Of a stretch of DNA of 49,332 nucleotides, positions 45,331 to 49,332 are shown piece after piece. Below the pieces are notes generated by a model that had not been told where the DNA came from, made no database searches, and saw only the letters and a program-made list of their open reading frames with translations. Origin of the DNA: a virus (taxonomy: Duplodnaviria; Caudoviricetes); IMG/VR virus record IMGVR_UViG_3300037483_000057, positions 1-49,332 of that record; one strand, written 5' to 3'. The stretch's first letter is position 1. The number at the start of each line of letters is the position of its first letter. The position numbers and the translations under genes are program-made.

Positions 45331-47373
45331 ATGATTGATCTTGAAACTACTCTTAAGATAGATAAAATTCTTTCCTCTGAGAATCTAGTTAATGATCTAT
45401 CTGAGAAGGATCTTAATTCCATTTCTAAGTTAGTTTGTGAGGGATATGAGACTGATAAACAATCTCGTCAAGAATGGGAGGACAAGATTGAGGAGTGGAC
45501 TAATCTAGCTCTCCAGGTAGCAGAAAAGAAGATGTTTCCTTGGCCAAATGCAGCCAATGTTAAATATCCTCTTATCACCACCGCCGCCCTCCAGTTTAGT
45601 GCTCGCGCTTACCCCGCTCTTCTTCCAGGTATGCAACCAGTTAGAGGACGAGTTATAGGTTTTGATACTGATGGTTCTAAATTAGATAGAGCAATTCGTA
45701 TTGGTAAACATATGTCTTTCCAACTCCTAGAACAGATGGATGATTGGGAAGAAGAGATGGATAGACTTTTGTTTGCTCTACCTATTGTAGGTTGCATATT
45801 TAAGAAGACTTATTATAGTGCTTCTTTAGAAAGAAATGTATCTGAGATAGTTTATCCTAGAGAGTTGGTAGTTAACTATTGGTCAAAGACTCTTGAGGAT
45901 TCAGAAAGAATTACTCATGTACTCCATCTTACTGAGAATGATGTACATGAAAGAGTTGTGGGAGGAATTTTCGCCGAAGAGGACTATAAAAAGCCAAGCA
46001 TCGAAGAACTAAAGAAAAGAAACACCGATGAACCTCTTGGACAAGAAAAACCTCAAACAGAGGATGAGACCCTCCCTTTTTTATTCCTTGAGCAGTGTTT
46101 ATATCTTGATATAGACAATGATGGATATAAAGAACCCTATATTGTTACCCTGGATAAAGGTTCAAGTAAGATTGCTCGTATAGTAGCTAGATTCAGTCAA
46201 GAAGATATAAAGTATAATTCTAAAAATGAAATTATAAAAATAATTCCTGTTAATTTTTATACTAAATTTTCATTTATACCATCACCAGATGGAGGATTTT
46301 ATGATATTGGTTTTGGAGTTATTCTTGGGCCTATTAATGACACTATTAACACGCTCATTAACCAGTTACTTGATGCGGGTACTTTAAGTAATTTACAGAG
46401 TGGTTTTATATCCAAAGGGATAAGAATTAAAGGGGGTGCTTATACATTCACTCCCGGAGAATGGAAATATGTGAACACAATAGGTGATGACCTAAGAAAG
46501 GGTTTGTTACCTCTACCAGTACGGGAACCAAGTCAGGTATTATTCTCCCTACTAGGGATGATGGTAACTGCTGGAGAGAAACTTAGTTCTGTAACCGAAG
46601 TTATGACTGGAGAGATTCCAGGTCAGAATACAAAAGCTACTGTAGCAATGGCAGCTATAGAGCAAGGTATGAAAGTATTTAGTTCCATTTATAAGCGTAT
46701 ACATCGTTCTTTGGCTAAAGAATATAAGAAACTCTTTAAGTTGAATAGTATTTATCTTAATGAAGAAGAGTATTTTACTATTCTCGATGTAGGACAAGAA
46801 CAAGGGCAGGAGATAGGCCGCAAAGATTATCTCATAGGAGATATAGATGTAGCTCCTATGTCTGATCCTAATGTTGCTACAGAACAACAGAAACTAGCAA
46901 AGATTGAAGTCTTGATGCAATTATTGCAATTTGGAACCGTGAATATACAAGAGGTTACAAGAAGATTCCTTGAAGCTACTGAACAACCTAATATTGAAGC
47001 CTTGATGAAGGTGCCTGAACCTCAACCTGATCCTGAAATAGAAGCTAACAAAGCTAAAGCAGAATTTGAGCAGGTTAAATTCGAGGATGAATCATTACGT
47101 AAATGGAAAGAGTTGGAACTAAGGGAAGTGGAGGGACATGCAAAATCTATGCTTACAGTAGCACAGGCAGAGGCATTGGAGCCCGGCACACAAATGGAAC
47201 AGTATCATCAAGCATTGAACTTGATGACTGAAAGTATAACCCATAATCAGAAGTATCGGCAAGCAGAGGAAATACATCAACAAAAGATGCAACAAATGCA
47301 GGAGATGAATCAAATAAAGAAAGAAGAGCAACCTAGAGAGGGCACAGAAAATGAAGATAGAGGAAATTACTAA
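45331..47373 (+). CDS. Portal protein
   Basis: 680 aa after TerL; D..SR.EW, PWPNAANVKYP, QFSAR, FKKTYY, INQLLDAGTLSN, PGEW; Gln-rich helical tail. Confidence 0.9.
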   Translation: MIDLETTLKIDKILSSENLVNDLSEKDLNSISKLVCEGYETDKQSRQEWEDKIEEWTNLALQVAEKKMFPWPNAANVKYPLITTAALQFSARAYPALLPGMQPVRGRVIGFDTDGSKLDRAIRIGKHMSFQLLEQMDDWEEEMDRLLFALPIVGCIFKKTYYSASLERNVSEIVYPRELVVNYWSKTLEDSERITHVLHLTENDVHERVVGGIFAEEDYKKPSIEELKKRNTDEPLGQEKPQTEDETLPFLFLEQCLYLDIDNDGYKEPYIVTLDKGSSKIARIVARFSQEDIKYNSKNEIIKIIPVNFYTKFSFIPSPDGGFYDIGFGVILGPINDTINTLINQLLDAGTLSNLQSGFISKGIRIKGGAYTFTPGEWKYVNTIGDDLRKGLLPLPVREPSQVLFSLLGMMVTAGEKLSSVTEVMTGEIPGQNTKATVAMAAIEQGMKVFSSIYKRIHRSLAKEYKKLFKLNSIYLNEEEYFTILDVGQEQGQEIGRKDYLIGDIDVAPMSDPNVATEQQKLAKIEVLMQLLQFGTVNIQEVTRRFLEATEQPNIEALMKVPEPQPDPEIEANKAKAEFEQVKFEDESLRKWKELELREVEGHAKSMLTVAQAEALEPGTQMEQYHQALNLMTESITHNQKYRQAEEIHQQKMQQMQEMNQIKKEEQPREGTENEDRGNY

Positions 47374-47596
47374 AGAAGAGTTTAAGGATTGGTATACAAG
47401 TAAAGTAACTAAATTAGTCTTAGATCAGTTGAGAACACTCAGGGAAGAACTAAAAGAGTACATAGGTAACGGCGGTACTCTTAGGAAAGATTCTGTAATA
47501 AGTACAGAATATGCAGTAGGTAGGATTCAGGGTCTTAATGATGTATTGGGTATTCAGTTCGAGGAACCAAAAGAGGGAACTAAGTATGGGCATTGA
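47351..47596 (+). CDS. Hypothetical protein in the head module
   Basis: Coupled between portal and the GroES-like gene. Confidence 0.6.
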   Translation: MKIEEITKEEFKDWYTSKVTKLVLDQLRTLREELKEYIGNGGTLRKDSVISTEYAVGRIQGLNDVLGIQFEEPKEGTKYGH

Positions 47597-47903
47597 AGTA
47601 TGTGGTCATAGAGTGTTGTTGAAGCCTCTATTTGTAGAAGAGGAAACGGAATGGGGATTTAAGTTGGATGTTGGAGAGAATTTCAAGAGGGAGAAAGCTG
47701 CTGCTGTAATGGGCACAGTGATTGCCATTGGCCCTACTGCATGGAAGGCATTTGATGGTGGAGATAAGGACTGGAAACCTTGGGCTAAAGTAGGTGATAA
47801 GGTACATTTTGCTAAGTATGGTGGAAAATTCATCACTATAGACAAAGAAGAGTATGTCATCGTCAACGATGAAGACATCCAAGCGGTCATAAAAGAGGAC
47901 TAA
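47586..47903 (+). CDS. groES: GroES-like co-chaperonin
   Basis: GHRVLLKP, GTVIAIGP, KVGDKV.FAKYGG, EEYVIVNDEDIQAVI. Start reassigned to ATG 47586. Confidence 0.85.
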   Translation: MGIEVCGHRVLLKPLFVEEETEWGFKLDVGENFKREKAAAVMGTVIAIGPTAWKAFDGGDKDWKPWAKVGDKVHFAKYGGKFITIDKEEYVIVNDEDIQAVIKED

Positions 47904-47906
47904 GTT

Positions 47907-48671
47907 ATGGTTAAAGAAGTAACCAAAGAAGAACTAGATCAAGGGCTTAATGCTCAAGAAGAGGTGGATATTTCACCGGACATTAGCGAAATAGAACAAG
48001 AGGCCCTCCAACATGGTTGGAATCCAGAAGGAGTAGAGGGGAAGAAGAACCTTACAGCCGAAGAGTTCATGGACCGTAAGCAATTGTATGAAGATCTTAG
48101 AACTATAAAAAGACGTAATAAGAGATTAGAGGAGAAGTACGACGCTCTTGAAAAGCATCATAAACACGTTAGTGAACGGGAACGAGAGAAACTCCTGCTT
48201 GAACTGAAACAGGCTAAGACAGCAGCACTTTCTCAAGATGATTATGCGGCGGTAGTGGAGATTGATGAACAACTTGCAAAAGCTCGTGAGTTGCCTACTA
48301 CACAAGATAAGGTAGATGTAAATGAAGCTTTCCAAGAGTGGAAGAATGATAACAATTGGTATAACTCTGATTCTGAAATGACTGAGTATGCTGATATTGT
48401 TGGTGCTGGTTATTTTAATAAACATCAAAATGTTGAATTGGAAGAAGTATATAAATACGTATCCAAGGAAGTAAAGAAGCGTTTCCCTGAAAAGTTTGAA
48501 TCTCAGAGACCTAAAAATACTATGGTGGAGGGAGCTACAAGGGGAAGGACAGTATCAAAGAGTAAATATTCTGAAAAAGACTTGCCTGAAGAAGATCGTC
48601 AGATTATGAGGACTTTAGTACGAAGTGGCGCTCTGACAGCGGAGCAATACCTAAAGGAATATTTTCAGTAA
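47907..48671 (+). CDS. Putative capsid scaffolding protein
   Basis: Acidic coiled-coil; W...N.WY; C-terminal LTAEQYLK; upstream of the capsid genes. Confidence 0.7.
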   Translation: MVKEVTKEELDQGLNAQEEVDISPDISEIEQEALQHGWNPEGVEGKKNLTAEEFMDRKQLYEDLRTIKRRNKRLEEKYDALEKHHKHVSEREREKLLLELKQAKTAALSQDDYAAVVEIDEQLAKARELPTTQDKVDVNEAFQEWKNDNNWYNSDSEMTEYADIVGAGYFNKHQNVELEEVYKYVSKEVKKRFPEKFESQRPKNTMVEGATRGRTVSKSKYSEKDLPEEDRQIMRTLVRSGALTAEQYLKEYFQ

Positions 48672-48709
48672 GAGTCACTTGGCTCAATTAGCTATATTAG
48701 GAGAATATT

Positions 48710-49156
48710 ATGAGTAATACACAGACCATTAAGCAAGATTCTAAACAGGAACGAGTTTCCCGTAAGCAAAAAAGAGTTCCCATGAGTGGGTCGAGAATGA
48801 GGATGCACGTTGATGATGAGGATGTCCCAGTTGGTTTCAGGGTAGCTTGGATCAACGATAAGGACGGCCTTATCCATCGTGCTCGTAGAGCCGGTTACGA
48901 TCATGTAACAGTTGCAGAAATCCCCTCCTGGGGTGATAGGGATGTGGACTCTGCAAATCCTTCTTCAGCAGTCATATCAATGCCTGTTGGTCAAGGAGTC
49001 GTTGCTTTTCTAATGAAGCAGCCCTTAGAATTTTATGAAGAAGATAGGACTGCCATGGATGATTTGATAGATGATCGTGAAGCGGATATGAAAAAAGAAT
49101 TGAACAGTGGGAAAGATGGAAGTTATGGTTCTGTTAAAATCGAAAGAAAAAAATAG
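48710..49156 (+). CDS. Hypothetical head-module protein
   Basis: SD aggag; PVGF..AWIN...R....GY...FLMK.P..FY.ED; between scaffold and capsid genes. Confidence 0.6.
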   Translation: MSNTQTIKQDSKQERVSRKQKRVPMSGSRMRMHVDDEDVPVGFRVAWINDKDGLIHRARRAGYDHVTVAEIPSWGDRDVDSANPSSAVISMPVGQGVVAFLMKQPLEFYEEDRTAMDDLIDDREADMKKELNSGKDGSYGSVKIERKK

Positions 49157-49200
49157 TATTCTCTTCCATAATCTCCTGTTCTTAAATAGGAGATATAAAT

Positions 49201-49332
49201 ATGGCAAATAAAGATTGGATGACATTTCGTCCAGTTATGCATCGTGATGGGTCTCCCTATAGTGGTTCTCACCGTAAATGTTATGCTGGTGAGGATCTTT
49301 TCCTAGGGGATCTTGTGGAAGCTAATGCTACC
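49201..49332 (+). CDS. 5' part of capsid-associated protein (continues at 94-525)
   Basis: SD aggag, ATG 49201, frame open through the terminal repeat. Confidence 0.7.
   Translation, partial: MANKDWMTFRPVMHRDGSPYSGSHRKCYAGEDLFLGDLVEANAT
49240..49332. repeat. Terminal direct repeat, copy 2
   Basis: Identical to 1-93. Confidence 0.95.

Noticed and set aside
1-49332. Stop-codon reassignment
   Set aside because: Core genes are full-length in the standard code, and TAA, TAG and TGA all serve as real stops. Only one in-frame TGA (27355) was seen.
1-49332. tRNA genes, integrase, RNA polymerase, reverse transcriptase/DGR
   Set aside because: No cloverleaf or T-loop consensus was seen in the intergenic gaps, and no ORF shows the relevant catalytic motifs. 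This was done by eye; tRNAscan-SE and HMM searches would be decisive.

Overview
The window looks like a complete, circularly assembled ~49.2 kb genome of a tailed dsDNA phage with podovirus-type virion genes. Bases 1-93 repeat exactly at 49240-49332. No integrase, repressor or RNA polymerase was recognised, so it is probably lytic and uses host RNA polymerase. Two arms diverge from an AT-rich, repeat-rich non-coding region at ~40.4-41.05 kb. The + strand late arm runs from 41.05 kb through the junction to 15.15 kb: endolysin, LPD23-like HEXXH protein, TerS, TerL, portal, GroES-like co-chaperonin, scaffold, capsid-associated protein, major capsid protein, a PhoD-like phosphatase, P22 gp4/gp10-like tail proteins, fibre, ejection proteins (one with an SLT domain) and holin-like genes. 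The - strand early/replication arm runs from 40.4 to 15.13 kb: many small early ORFs, a CobT-like VWA + CobS/MoxR AAA pair, primase, SF4 helicase, a family A DNA polymerase split into two genes with a CCA/poly(A)-polymerase-like nucleotidyltransferase between them, an Acb2/Tad1-like sponge, putative SSB, 5'-3' exonuclease, endonuclease I, three metallophosphoesterases, and a class II ribonucleotide reductase with an HNH-type intein. The best leads are: (i) a 64-aa replication-arm ORF whose N-terminus copies 15 residues of the phage's own capsid protein; (ii) a strongly base-paired ~165-nt leader in front of the Acb2/Tad1-like gene; (iii) the clean PolA split with cargo genes; (iv) a PhoD-like enzyme inside the virion module. 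All calls come from reading motifs by eye; no searches were run.
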